Positions 23,001 to 30,856 of a DNA stretch of 64,000 nt are shown piece by piece. Origin of the DNA: Euryarchaeota archaeon UBA62 (GTDB lineage: Archaea; Thermoplasmatota; Poseidoniia; Poseidoniales; Thalassarchaeaceae); NCBI GenBank assembly GCA_002502095.1, contig DAPJ01000028.1, positions 37,387 through 101,386 of the forward strand, written 5' to 3'. The position numbers and the translations under genes were made by a program. Position 1 is the stretch's first letter, and each line of letters starts with the position of its first letter. Below the pieces are notes generated by a model. That model was not told the DNA's origin, made no database searches, and saw nothing but the letters and a program-made list of their open reading frames with translations.

Positions 23001-23013
23001 CCACGCTACTCAC
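14029..23013 (-). CDS. Giant (2994 aa) surface protein: Ca-binding DxDxDG repeats, TgpA/transglutaminase-like core, Ig-like repeats, TM anchor, DUF4129-like C-terminal domain
   Basis: Signal peptide and many D(S/T)DGDG(L/I/M)xDxxE repeats. YWRWHTYDQYTG, GSCDQF..MLRTADIPVRKVTGF, WVEV, GWIPFE. TM near the C-terminus, then ETVREF..FEEARYS. Confidence 0.85.
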   Translation of the reverse strand: MSSVGSIVNLSKDAKSARKHRSAITFSLLMLLSSYSALEFSAWEALASSDQDGDGLSYGLEFYINTQPQDWDSDNDGLPDGWEWQYGLNPLSQNGDNGSTGDPDGDAFTNLNEYQYSMPSGWDLPSTPNVLDNGVWWNGTVPVRDWDEESAMQLIQGLNSDGADEDPRGNICFNTFDDDKDGMVDNFDGDGDGDANCSSDDDDGDGIADEDPDGWDTDGDGMPDGWEAANGLDPTSNSNMDGTFGDPDGDGLINLKEYVNPAWGTRNGSTTPPTQYFRPGPLAMTATESPCNPVLSLGPGGCQFLTAEVDGITSTDPQSNDTDGDGLNDSYEALILLTDPTSVDTDSDGIEDGVEVNGQYGDPPQASDPRNNNTDGDQFDDGEEDLNGNGIVDMNETDPTRIEDAGDFDGDGIQNWEENMTCTLWNVFDTDGGGVSDGDEILPFHNSDPCLSEEELTLQIVGWDAVTSSLTLNSTSELDQSPLDWRQTDAPMAYYVQSNGTLVEFRYESIDSDVLRSVNVDLPANTSTVLFTNFSWCWDATVGAVNDPICDDDYSDSDGDGLADWEEYLSTWGFPTNPNLVDTDSDGVEDLDEILNGTDPLDPCENLLDSDGDGLNNYFENTTGCVVLFPGMGGNFTNDTYFTLWNLSDTDNGGVTDFQEYIDGTNPQDNPNDDRNPVDTDGDGIPDTIENSTGTDWRDPDTDGGGVPDGQECTSDYWDGQCEDSPNNPWDPSDDISPNSIYLYATNQSSILNPENTIYWRWHTYDQYTGISWGVNTSLVGNTEMVPGFSTTQGVSDQQFWDNSTLMGWEISYRGPGVADIGEELILPHNTVNFTGWTDPTAGLNFSNFTRDIIVDSSPIDTMFITTPQVNITQAIRDNSTVFTGSDYATDLPPIFTSRGNMNEFVSGITQSIINESGALSAWDKVSAIADFITEGNDTITFLRNNNGTNIPSLGEITGLGEESDMAYWILNNSFEGSCDQFTSLFAVMLRTADIPVRKVTGFSGGYWNGEAFEVYGKDFSSWVEVHLQTNQNLGNADLGWIPFEACPAMSLVEVTDESWGPLWLDRDLSGQSIWMNGTLRFTDNQTSVAGVGVEMYLVESNMTNQIPGLAAVSQHLVGTAVTDSNGSFNITGMPTEAVNPGNSSLVIMTKTLDYVGSQGIFSGWNVNITDDITLSLSEPRPITEPKIGIGVNTTITGSVSLENIPYNDISLIDSMQILMNYTTSQDGPVSLISSIGPGGYFEFTVSINESEQEGLIPATLDYTGWHQFDLNNASGPVFHIRPYSETINLNLTQAPNLTVSLEGQGLNNTVLEINNRIYLNGTALSKSEIPESLNGTLTLQMRRSGTNAPFQTLNSWYLNDSDWLSNPGQFAVNWTFLDSDVPIPAGLVEIRYQYLADQLFAKDETTVVDQHGIKSYIVFNYTMIPAPKGSTSDILVSLSDHTGAEITTFPGFFSLSVNETEVWNISDPDVPKIVPSWSPSLTTPAGDYPWVLSYNGSTWISPNQTTDNVRIQGRASPIFNLGTEWVPMGNTTWISGSVIDSDLNSTVLGNNTSVSLFLDVPSSLPAGPDGNPLPPDRYTLGSEWLDTTTGEYNISFSMPSGIGSGVYQAILVLDFEKNSPGGIPYFFDPATENSLDIGIQTMFDVQSTNTSAIVVAGENLSASATVRDIESNERLSNATVEIYFDWGGPLQQLLNTSVTGNDGVVEFQSTIPSDAPPGYYDVLILAPDDLTDSLESQDAGRWLANESYMNLTVQVVSNVRIDNSPLPEVTAGQSFLVTGKVMDSFDINRTVSGPVSIEIFFLNDPSEKLVTGFATSPNGTFSISVPTDPLGDGVSNGLKTVVVSVENGSSPFYLTGTGSDSILVRGVVQFIDRVPLINTIVDRGSSVSFGAKLAESSNNDREIAGMNVSAKFHDTWMTSEISSNSGGYVNFSFDVPHSHPLGAISVMLMFNGSNGTETLHTSFTYINTIIVRSPTSISFSPITANPTAGDFLDVSGNLTSSNGSGIVDRSGNPLSPSLTFMIDNVSTGFSVSGGAVDSNGSWSARIFLDMTFPRGTHNISATYTPTVNYYSSSSSNGTFDSRGFSMISIIDPTDLDPDARTIRGDPLNLNISIMDNAGENVGNVEVKILVDGIETWSGFTDSNGLINTNLSTDPNRVPGPMTVTAVFDGINGTTGLSGDQTWTRIIILAPTVIEVSNISGSAVAGERVIFSGTLLDERGLPLVEDGSPKGGVVHLYIDGIDVGPLYIDVSNSTSGTWQITYDLPLDMDYGQHTFSIEFLGGFTWVDPMGQGDSLNPEYYLSSIITSPFNVTQTSQVVLTTPQGEIDRNELLLIEGILTDGAGRPLPNRALEAYMNGQMLTSLNVDGNGSFSLFFPVPSDMLLGPREVTLLFQGEEFILGSNSTTIFTVFSPTTLTVEDPMPVAVGDVLNLRGNVRDNLPDGWLSNHSLQIFVDGILIGTTVTEEDGSWHLSWVVSEFLDVGVHPVTVISPDQGYYRQTSVETNLTIAYHTTITLNVENSVATRGGTWNFSGRLYDSDTPGTPGLENREVSFLLDGIEILVVTTGADGTFSFTHELGYSISRGAHLVSVNFYGEELYLSDSTNTTVFSRADINVEILLISDEVVRSDESRPIRVRGRVLEIGGDGNTMEEMEMSLLWEGSLEPNAIISWDQATGQFLITSNAKTYMPPGNSIFTIDVEPDAERFLNGASIEFDLQILVSVDFEFIPDKIFIERGQSKISGKINVTASDDNRAPPVEGVSITARLTNDTDTLFTVVGMTDMNGIFNYQFESFHDDHSFWDRDFWGELKIEFSSDSDIIDPVNATQLAQFSEVNINYQAEASDSLLRPAIISILLVVFMIGVSALVVTIRNRKKAAIDELAGVFSYTAELLAAGDEVREAIFNCYEGLCKILMSRGFLRRDFETVREFEMAIRSALPISEQALLSLDRIFEEARYSSHVLGNQHRESAQMALNSVLQEIDQLEEVPLRSKGKIIED

Positions 23014-23082
23014 CTCTAACCTAGGGCGGAAAGTAGGGCTCTTAAGAGGAATGGAGCGTCGTTCGGACGTTGCCTCAATCTA

Positions 23083-26028
23083 TTAGACGAGTTCAATGTC
23101 GTCATCGTCGTAGACGTCATCCTCATCTTCTTCCTCTTCTTCGAGAGAAAACACCGGCGCGGGTATGTCATCAACTTCTTCTACATCTTCTTCTGAGTCA
23201 TCCGAAATAGCTTCCAAATAAGCCATATGAGACTTCCATCTTCGACGATTCAATGCTGATTGGGTGCCGGCAATAAGAAGCATAATGGCGATAATCCCAA
23301 CTACATATGTCGACAGTCTTGGATGAGTGAACTCATTCACTAAACGTTCTATCAGGGAGTCAATACCAACAGTCATTACAACCGTTGCCTTAGCAGTTGA
23401 GTCATCAGGCCAGCTTTGGTCGGTATCGAAGGGCGTTGCACTAACCATTATGCTAGAAGAGTCCCCATTATTGGATGACTCCGGGACAGAGACCTCTAGG
23501 ACGAATGTCGCCTCCTCGAATGCCTCTAGAACAACTAGAACTGATCCGGATGGCCCGTCAATCTCTACGCTCCATGAAGAGGAGTCAGATTCGGCCTCGA
23601 GAAGAATCGTAAGCGGACTATTTCCGAGATTCTTCACTTTCATCTGAATCTCTACTGTGTCTCCTGGGGATAGTAGCCTATTTGGGGAAACCTGTACGAT
23701 TTCTAGTGTTGGCTCATCAGAGTCTATTTCGAAGACCATCGGGAGATCAAAATATCTTGGGTCTTCATCGGGAGTATCCTCTACAACCCTAAGGTATACG
23801 GTGTGATTCCCAAACTCAACCTGGCTAGTGAGGGTGATGGTCACAAAAACTTCGGTCTCATCGCCAGGTGCTAGAGAGACTCTTGGAACAGCATTCCCAG
23901 AGTCATCTTCGATTCTGAACTGCCATTGCCCATATGCGGCATTCCTATCTTTATTCTCCTCTAGTGAAGCGGGATTCTGAATCCTCCACCATGTGGCCGA
24001 CTCTCCAGATGTCATTGTATTCGTGATTTTAGCCCTTAGGGAGACTTCAGCATTTCCAGAACCGGGAGAACATAGAGATACTGTAATGTGCCCAAGTGGA
24101 GATCCATCGCAGTCATAGGAAACCTCTGCTCTGATTCCGAATGTCCTCTGAATTGTGAATTCAATTGTAGATGACAGGTTACTCTGGCCGGTGCTGACTA
24201 CTTCTAATTCAACAGTGCCGATATCCGGATCCAGCCTATCAGATGAAGGTTTGACCAGGATTCTGAGAGTTTGTGTCTCATGCCTGTCAAGGAGGGCGGT
24301 GTGGAAAGTCCCGTCTCCATCATCCTCTAGAATTCTCTCGCCAGTGTCATTATCATATACCTGAATAATGGCTTTAGCTCTTTGGAGAACATCAATCTTG
24401 AACTCATCTGCATCAAAACCCGTATTGAAAATCTCCATCAAGAAAGGAGTGAACTGATCATAGTCAACATAGCTGTTTGCAGAAGCTTCGAAGTCGTCTG
24501 GTCTTGAAGAATTAGCTACAGCAACCTCATGATCTTCTGACCATATTGAAACTTGGGGAGGCTGGAAAACATCCATCTTCTTTAGGTCCAATTGTAATGT
24601 ATCTTGATGCACTACCTGCAACACCCCATCTACCTCTGCCTCAGCTACAGCCCTGATGTCAATCGAGCTTGGGGCACCAGTGAGATCCTCAGGCGCTGTT
24701 AAGGTAAGGATAGGATTGAGTATGTCCCCTCCCGAGTTTAACGTGTATCCCCCGGGAGAGTCGAACTCTATAAGCCAAGAGCTAGGGAAATTTGTCAATA
24801 CTTCTAGCTCTACATCCATTGATTTAGTCGAATCTCCCCTATGCACCATCTGGAGAGAGATAGGCGTTGTCTGCTCGGGGGCTATGTATTCAGTTGACCT
24901 ATCTTGCCGATGATTTAATGCAACCCCCCACTGTTCCATATTCACAGGTTCATGCTCGACTATCACGCTGTTTCCCTGAATATCAGATACTTCGAGCTCG
25001 ACGGAGTATTCGCCTGAAGGAATCCCACTTGGGTATGACCAGAGATACTCTCCGAAAATGCCTTGGCTTGTATCCTCAATATCCTCATCATCCTCGTCGA
25101 TAACATGATCAATTCTGTAAATACCATTGGGGTCTCTCATCAACAATCTTACCGAATCAACATCATATCTACCGAAGCTACTTTTGACATCGAATGAAAA
25201 TTGCATTACTCTTTCAGAGAGGATATCGTTAGGATACCAATCCAACTCAGCCCCTTCGGCTAGCTCCGCTCCCTCTCTTTGTAGTAGAACCAAGCTGTTA
25301 GCGATTGCATTGGCTTCAATTTCCAGAGTACTGAATCTTTCATCACCATCAATTTCGTTCCATGCCACTTCTGCTTCACAGCTCGATGATCCCCCCCATG
25401 GACTCCCGCCTCCACTGTCACATCCGGACATGTCAGCATCGATTATTAGTTCCAAGCGTTCATCCTTGTCTATTGTGAATGTCTCATCACTTCCAATATC
25501 GATTTCAAATGTCTCATGATCAAAACTACAGCTTTGAGTAAGTCCGGGATTGCAGGCTTCTGAAGACCAAGACGCCGAACCAACCTGAGATCCAGATGCT
25601 TTTAGAGTGAGAGTCCAGTCAACAGTAGCGGTATCTGGGCCTGTGGATCTAAGAAATATTCCGATTGGCAGGTAATAAGAGCCAGAACCCGAACCGTGGT
25701 TAGGTCTACCTGCTATCTCAAGACTTGAGAGCATCGGACTTGTCTTGAATTCGATGCTACTGCTTAATGCGCTCATGGACTCCTGACCCCCGGACTCAGG
25801 AACTTGTGTGGTGATGTATCCATCTCCCCCTGCAGATGAATTCTGAGATGCGATGTACATCGTGTAGAGGTTCATCTGAACATCACTCGAAGCGTTGAAA
25901 TTAGTGGTTTCGTTTAGCTCACTATTGGAAACTGTAGAAGCCCCGTATGGTATGAGAAGGACCAAGCAAAGAGCCAATGCCATAGCCCTGCTCTTACGAA
26001 CGTAGTTCGCTGTACTCCTCCCTTGCAC
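23083..26028 (-). CDS. Large secreted membrane-anchored protein with Ig-like (COG1470-like) modules and an acidic cytoplasmic tail
   Basis: Signal peptide ALALCLVLLIPYGAS, KNLGN/FNTG-type modules, C-terminal TM (YVVGIIAIMLLIAG) and a poly-D/E tail. Confidence 0.78.
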   Translation of the reverse strand: MQGRSTANYVRKSRAMALALCLVLLIPYGASTVSNSELNETTNFNASSDVQMNLYTMYIASQNSSAGGDGYITTQVPESGGQESMSALSSSIEFKTSPMLSSLEIAGRPNHGSGSGSYYLPIGIFLRSTGPDTATVDWTLTLKASGSQVGSASWSSEACNPGLTQSCSFDHETFEIDIGSDETFTIDKDERLELIIDADMSGCDSGGGSPWGGSSSCEAEVAWNEIDGDERFSTLEIEANAIANSLVLLQREGAELAEGAELDWYPNDILSERVMQFSFDVKSSFGRYDVDSVRLLMRDPNGIYRIDHVIDEDDEDIEDTSQGIFGEYLWSYPSGIPSGEYSVELEVSDIQGNSVIVEHEPVNMEQWGVALNHRQDRSTEYIAPEQTTPISLQMVHRGDSTKSMDVELEVLTNFPSSWLIEFDSPGGYTLNSGGDILNPILTLTAPEDLTGAPSSIDIRAVAEAEVDGVLQVVHQDTLQLDLKKMDVFQPPQVSIWSEDHEVAVANSSRPDDFEASANSYVDYDQFTPFLMEIFNTGFDADEFKIDVLQRAKAIIQVYDNDTGERILEDDGDGTFHTALLDRHETQTLRILVKPSSDRLDPDIGTVELEVVSTGQSNLSSTIEFTIQRTFGIRAEVSYDCDGSPLGHITVSLCSPGSGNAEVSLRAKITNTMTSGESATWWRIQNPASLEENKDRNAAYGQWQFRIEDDSGNAVPRVSLAPGDETEVFVTITLTSQVEFGNHTVYLRVVEDTPDEDPRYFDLPMVFEIDSDEPTLEIVQVSPNRLLSPGDTVEIQMKVKNLGNSPLTILLEAESDSSSWSVEIDGPSGSVLVVLEAFEEATFVLEVSVPESSNNGDSSSIMVSATPFDTDQSWPDDSTAKATVVMTVGIDSLIERLVNEFTHPRLSTYVVGIIAIMLLIAGTQSALNRRRWKSHMAYLEAISDDSEEDVEEVDDIPAPVFSLEEEEEDEDDVYDDDDIELV

Positions 26029-26169
26029 GTTTTACCGCCCATGCAAGTGGCGTTAAAGCGTTCGTGCGCCTTGGGCCACTGATACGTCAATTATGGGGGT
26101 CGGCAATATGACTCATTCTGAGACTTCGAAGCGCTCGATTCAAGGAGTATGACCCCTTCCTAGTAACCT

Positions 26170-26255
26170 GCAGAGGTACCCGAGCTGGTCAAAGGGGCCG
26201 GACTTAAGCTCCGGTGCATAGTGCTTCGCAGGTTCAAATCCTGCCCTCTGCACCA
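26170..26255 (+). tRNA. tRNA-Leu (anticodon UAA) with long variable arm and encoded CCA
   Basis: Acceptor GCAGAGG/CCTCTGC + A + CCA; anticodon arm CCGGA-CTTAAGC-TCCGG; T-arm GCAGG-TTCAAAT-CCTGC. Confidence 0.96.
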
Positions 26256-26660
26256 TTACCTCTTCCTAGACATCTTACAGCCGAATTTTGCATCTCCTTC
26301 GAGAATATCCATCTTGGTGATTTTTATTGATGCCTCGGAAACTTGGAGCGGGATCATTAGCTTGTCCAATATTCTTGAGCCTAAGGACTCAAGCAGTGAG
26401 AGTCTGGTTCCACTAATTGAATCCTCTATTGATTCCAGCAAATACTCATAATTCACTACATCAGTGATCTTATCTGATTTAGGAGGTTCTGAACCGGGTA
26501 TCGATACTTCGATATCAAAACGTAACCTTTGGGGGAGACCTATCTCATGAGCGTGAATTCCGATATCAACTTCCCTGAATAGTTCGCTTAGAAAAATCAC
26601 CGTCCTTCCAGGCCCCTTATCAACTGTAAAATGACTCGGTCCATCTGAATAGTGGTCCAT
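26256..26660 (-). CDS. folB: Dihydroneopterin aldolase (bacterial FolB type)
   Basis: IGIHAHE..QRLRFDI, DVVNYE, LLESLG, IKITK. Start at MDHYSDG just after the SDR stop. Confidence 0.85.
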   Translation of the reverse strand: MDHYSDGPSHFTVDKGPGRTVIFLSELFREVDIGIHAHEIGLPQRLRFDIEVSIPGSEPPKSDKITDVVNYEYLLESIEDSISGTRLSLLESLGSRILDKLMIPLQVSEASIKITKMDILEGDAKFGCKMSRKR

Positions 26661-26661
26661 C

Positions 26662-27429
26662 TTATTCCTCCGTCTCAAAGACGACGTCCCTACTCCTAGA
26701 TAAGAATCGTTCACCGGAATCTGCATAAATTATCTGTCCAGTTACTGACTTGGCCGATATGAGGTATACCACGGCCTCTGCAATATCTGTTGCCGAGGGT
26801 CCGGATTGCAAAGGGGACTGGGATTGTGCCTTCTCAAAGCCCTCCATTGTTTGCTCCGGACTTGGTAGTGTATGGCCGGGAGCCACTGCATTTACCCTAA
26901 TCGAAGGAGCCAGTCCCCTAGCAAGTGTTTCAGTCAATCCAGCCATAGCGAAACGCGAGGCGGTATACGACAGATAATCCGGGTTTGGCTGGGAAATCTT
27001 TTGATCGAGGATGTTGACCACAGAACCTACCTTGCCTGGAGGAAGGTTTCGACTTAGCTCTGAAATAAGTAAAGTGGGAGATAGGGCGTTGACGTGCATA
27101 TGACGATTCCATGATTCTAGTGAAACGTTGGAAATATCATCGAAGTTGAATAACGAAGCATTATTGACAACTCCTAATACTGGGCCCATTTCTTGTTTGA
27201 TTTCCTCGAATAATTTAGCCGGCATGGATTGATCAAGTAAGTCTCCAGAAAAACAGGCGGCTCTACCTCCTCTGGAATTGATTATATCTGCTAAATTGGA
27301 CGCCTCATTTTCCGAAGAATTGTAGTGTATTGCAATGGCATATCCACAATCGGAAAGGCGCAAGCAAATCTCTCTTCCAATCCTAACTGCGCCTCCTGTG
27401 ACCAGTATAACAGCCGCGTCCATGGGCAT
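26662..27429 (-). CDS. SDR oxidoreductase, pteridine reductase/FolM-like
   Basis: TGGAVRIG, IHYNSS, NNASLF, NILDQK, YTASR, VNAVAPG. Directly upstream of folB. Confidence 0.8.
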   Translation of the reverse strand: MPMDAAVILVTGGAVRIGREICLRLSDCGYAIAIHYNSSENEASNLADIINSRGGRAACFSGDLLDQSMPAKLFEEIKQEMGPVLGVVNNASLFNFDDISNVSLESWNRHMHVNALSPTLLISELSRNLPPGKVGSVVNILDQKISQPNPDYLSYTASRFAMAGLTETLARGLAPSIRVNAVAPGHTLPSPEQTMEGFEKAQSQSPLQSGPSATDIAEAVVYLISAKSVTGQIIYADSGERFLSRSRDVVFETEE

Positions 27430-27519
27430 GGGAAGAGTTTCACTCCTATTACGGGTTGTATTGGACGACCCCAAAGGGGTCGATGAGAACGATTAACTCC
27501 GTACCACTATGCGGAACAT

Positions 27520-28581
27520 ATGATGGCGACGCGACTACCGACCGTTGACTCATCTCAAATTACTACAAATTCCTGTTCTGGAAATCTTGTTGAGAGCAAT
27601 AAAGTTAGGGTATCAAGGGAGAGGAAAAGACTTCCAAAATGGTTCAAGACCAGTCTTCCAATTGGGAAGTCCCAGTCCGTTTACAATAGTACCATGGCTA
27701 GCGTCAAGGATAATCACCTGAACACTGTTTGCGTTGAGGCGAGGTGTCCCAATATCCATGATTGCTGGGGAAGGGGGACTGCAACTTTCATGATTGCTGG
27801 AGATGTTTGTACGAGGGGTTGTAGATTCTGTGCCGTTAATACTGCAAAAACCCCTCCTCCATTGAACCCTGATGAGCCAGAAGATTTAGCGACTGCAATT
27901 GAGAGTATGGGAATAAATCATGCAGTGATTACTGTTGTAAATAGGGACGACCTGCCCGATGGAGGAGCGAGTCACTACAGAAAATGTATAATGGCAGTTC
28001 ACGATAGATGTCCAGATGTAGGGATTGAGTTACTTTGCTCGGACCTCGATGGTAACTTGGAATCTCTGAAAATACTGTTGAATGGATTGCCTATTCGTGT
28101 TTTTGCTCATAATGTTGAGTGTGTGCCAAGGCTAGACAAGATTGTTAGGGACAGAAGGGCCTCGTTCACACAATCTTTGAAGATTCTCTCTGAGGCAAAG
28201 AATTTGCGTCCAGATTTGAAGACTAAGACCAGTATCATGGTGGGCATAGGGGAGACCGACTCTGAGGTTATTGAAGCGATGGAGATGATTAGATCCTCGG
28301 AAGTTGATATGATTACTCTGGGTCAGTATCTCCAACCTGGTGAGCGCCATTTGCCTGTCGATAGATTCCCTGAGCCTTCTCAATTCGCTGATTGGGACAA
28401 GGAAGCTAGAGAGATGGGCTTCTCAGCCGTTGCTAGTGGCCCCCTTGTGAGGTCCAGCTATCGTGCTGGACTTCTGTGGGAAGAAGCCATGGGCTTGGAG
28501 CCAGTAGTTACTAGAGAGTCAACTGGTTCCGCGGTTAGTCACCTTACGTTTTCACCGGCTGAAGGAGGCCAAAAGATATGA
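27520..28581 (+). CDS. lipA: Lipoyl synthase
   Basis: CVEARCPNIHDC, radical-SAM CTRGCRFC, HNVE, GQYL, VRSSY. Confidence 0.95.
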   Translation: MMATRLPTVDSSQITTNSCSGNLVESNKVRVSRERKRLPKWFKTSLPIGKSQSVYNSTMASVKDNHLNTVCVEARCPNIHDCWGRGTATFMIAGDVCTRGCRFCAVNTAKTPPPLNPDEPEDLATAIESMGINHAVITVVNRDDLPDGGASHYRKCIMAVHDRCPDVGIELLCSDLDGNLESLKILLNGLPIRVFAHNVECVPRLDKIVRDRRASFTQSLKILSEAKNLRPDLKTKTSIMVGIGETDSEVIEAMEMIRSSEVDMITLGQYLQPGERHLPVDRFPEPSQFADWDKEAREMGFSAVASGPLVRSSYRAGLLWEEAMGLEPVVTRESTGSAVSHLTFSPAEGGQKI

Positions 28582-28603
28582 GTGTTGAGAGGGTGTATGT
28601 ACC

Positions 28604-29845
28604 ATGAGCGAGGGGCACGGGGCGGATCCACTTCATGTTCCTGATGCGCCACATAGGCCTGGGGATGAGGCTGGTTTCGTCGAATGGCCATGGTCTCCAG
28701 AGGATTTGGAAAGGCCAAGTGTCGATTGTGATGCTCCTGAAACTTCCTCACTCGCAGAGGGCCTAGTGAGGGTTCTTGGGGATGACAATAAGTCTTCAGG
28801 GAATTGGGACCCAAAGCTCTCCGCAGAAGAGATGATATCCGGCCTTGAGCATATGATGAGGCTTCGGATATTTGATGACAGAATGATGAAAATGCAGAGA
28901 ACTGGTAAGCTCTCATTCTACATGCGATCTTACGGAGAAGAGGCGGTTGCTATAGCTCAGACAATGGCTTTGAAAGATCAAGACTGGCTATTCCCTACTT
29001 ACAGGCAGCCAGGTGCCCAATTCGTCAGAGGTAGGGATATGGTCAGTATGATTTGCCATTGCATTGGTAACGAAATGGATAATGTCAAAGGTAGACAAAT
29101 GCCTGTTCACTACACTTACAGAGACGGACGATTCATTTCTGTTTCAAGTCCTGTTGGGACACAGTTTAGCCAGGCAGTTGGAGTAGCTTTGGCTTCAGAC
29201 TACAAGGGTCTTGATGAAGTCACGATTACATGGATCGGCGATGGCGCTAGTGCGGAAGGGGACTATCATTACGCGTTGAATTTCGCCAGTATATTTCAAG
29301 CTCCGGTGATACTAAACGTTGTCAATAATCAGTGGGCAATTTCCACACACAAAAATTTCGCAAGTAAAAATGGTAATTTTGCCGTCAGGGGACTGCCATA
29401 TGGAATTCCCAGTATACGTGTTGACGGAAATGATTTCTTGGCCCTGTATTCTGTTACTTCCTGGGCTAGGGAAAGAGCATCTGCAGGACTAGGCCCCACA
29501 CACATAGAGGTCTTGACATATCGCGCAGGAGCGCATAGCAGTAGCGATGACCCATCTAGGTATAGGCCGTCCGATATTCATTCATTCTGGCCTGGAGGAG
29601 ATCCCATATATCGCCTTAGAGACCATCTCAAAGAGATAGGGGAATGGTCAGACGAGGAACATCAGAAGCTTTCTGAAAGAATAGACTCAGAGGTGATGGC
29701 GGCATACAAAGAAGCCGTCAAATTCGGAGATTTAGCTAATGGCCCGTATCCATCATCTGACGCGATTTTCACAGAAGTTTACGAGAACCCCCCATGGCAT
29801 CTAGAAGAACAGTGGGATGAAATGAAGAGATGGAGGGATTCATGA
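28604..29845 (+). CDS. bkdA1: Branched-chain 2-oxoacid dehydrogenase E1 alpha
   Basis: LHVPDAPHRPGD N-terminus, GRQMPVHY, TPP motif GDGA..NN, HSSSDDPSRYR. Confidence 0.9.
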   Translation: MSEGHGADPLHVPDAPHRPGDEAGFVEWPWSPEDLERPSVDCDAPETSSLAEGLVRVLGDDNKSSGNWDPKLSAEEMISGLEHMMRLRIFDDRMMKMQRTGKLSFYMRSYGEEAVAIAQTMALKDQDWLFPTYRQPGAQFVRGRDMVSMICHCIGNEMDNVKGRQMPVHYTYRDGRFISVSSPVGTQFSQAVGVALASDYKGLDEVTITWIGDGASAEGDYHYALNFASIFQAPVILNVVNNQWAISTHKNFASKNGNFAVRGLPYGIPSIRVDGNDFLALYSVTSWARERASAGLGPTHIEVLTYRAGAHSSSDDPSRYRPSDIHSFWPGGDPIYRLRDHLKEIGEWSDEEHQKLSERIDSEVMAAYKEAVKFGDLANGPYPSSDAIFTEVYENPPWHLEEQWDEMKRWRDS

Positions 29846-30855
29846 TGCCTAACATGAATATGGTAGAATCAGTAAATAATGCCCTTGATACAATGCTCTC
29901 AAAGGATAAGGATGTCATAATGTTCGGCGAAGATATTGGATACTTTGGCGGTGTTTTCAGAACTTGTGATGGCCTGCAAGAGAAGTACGGAAAACATAGG
30001 GTCTTTGACTCTCCACTTTCCGAGGGAGGAATTGCGGCTACAGCTTTCGGGATGGGAATCAATGGACTTAGGCCTGTGGTTGAGATTCAATTCGCCGACT
30101 ATATTTTCCCAGCTTACGATCAGATAGTTAACGAGATGGCCAAGGTCAGACATCGCTCTGGGGGAGAGTTCTGGTGTCCTGTAACCATAAGGACCCCTGC
30201 AGGAGGGGGAATCAGAGGAGGCCATCATCACTCGCAATCACCCGAGGCCCAGTTTACTCATACGCCAGGACTCAAAGTTGTCTATTGCTCAACCCCTTAC
30301 AACGCCAAGGGGCTATTGATAAGCGCCATAGAGGATAATGATCCGGTTATTTTCTTCGAGCCTAAGAGGTGCTACAGAGGACCTTTCTATGGGGACCCAC
30401 ACAATGTGCCGACTTGGTCTGGCCATCCTGAGGCAGAGGTGCCTGAATCCCATTATTCGATTCCCTTGGGCGAGGCGCGATTGGCCATGGAGGGCGACAG
30501 ATGTACGGTGATCTCTTGGGGTGCGATGGTTCATGTGTGCGAGCAGGCAATCAGGGATAGCGGGATATCTTGTGATCTCATTGATCTCCAAACTCTAGTC
30601 CCTTGGGATAGAGAAGCTGTAGTAACATCGATTCAAAAGACTGGTAGGTGCGTAATCGTTCATGAGGCTCCAAAAACCAGTGGATTCGGAGCTGAAATGG
30701 CAGCTTCTATCCAAGAGCGATGCTTTTGGAGTCTGGAATCCCCAATAGAGAGAGTGACTGGATGGGACACTCCTTTTCCCCATACTACTGAATGGGATTA
30801 CATGCCCGGACCAGACAGAGTGGCCGCGGCTATAGCGAAAACACAGGAGGATTAA
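29842..30855 (+). CDS. bkdA2: Branched-chain 2-oxoacid dehydrogenase E1 beta
   Basis: GEDIGYFGGVFR, EIQFADY, HHSQSPE, FFEPKR, VHEAP. Confidence 0.9.
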   Translation: MMPNMNMVESVNNALDTMLSKDKDVIMFGEDIGYFGGVFRTCDGLQEKYGKHRVFDSPLSEGGIAATAFGMGINGLRPVVEIQFADYIFPAYDQIVNEMAKVRHRSGGEFWCPVTIRTPAGGGIRGGHHHSQSPEAQFTHTPGLKVVYCSTPYNAKGLLISAIEDNDPVIFFEPKRCYRGPFYGDPHNVPTWSGHPEAEVPESHYSIPLGEARLAMEGDRCTVISWGAMVHVCEQAIRDSGISCDLIDLQTLVPWDREAVVTSIQKTGRCVIVHEAPKTSGFGAEMAASIQERCFWSLESPIERVTGWDTPFPHTTEWDYMPGPDRVAAAIAKTQED

Positions 30856-30856
30856 C

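Noticed and set aside
26095..26160. GGGGTC...GACCCC pairing upstream of the tRNA as an ncRNA or second tRNA
   Set aside because: Only a 6-bp match, with no cloverleaf or clear C/D boxes, and it overlaps the probable tRNA promoter.
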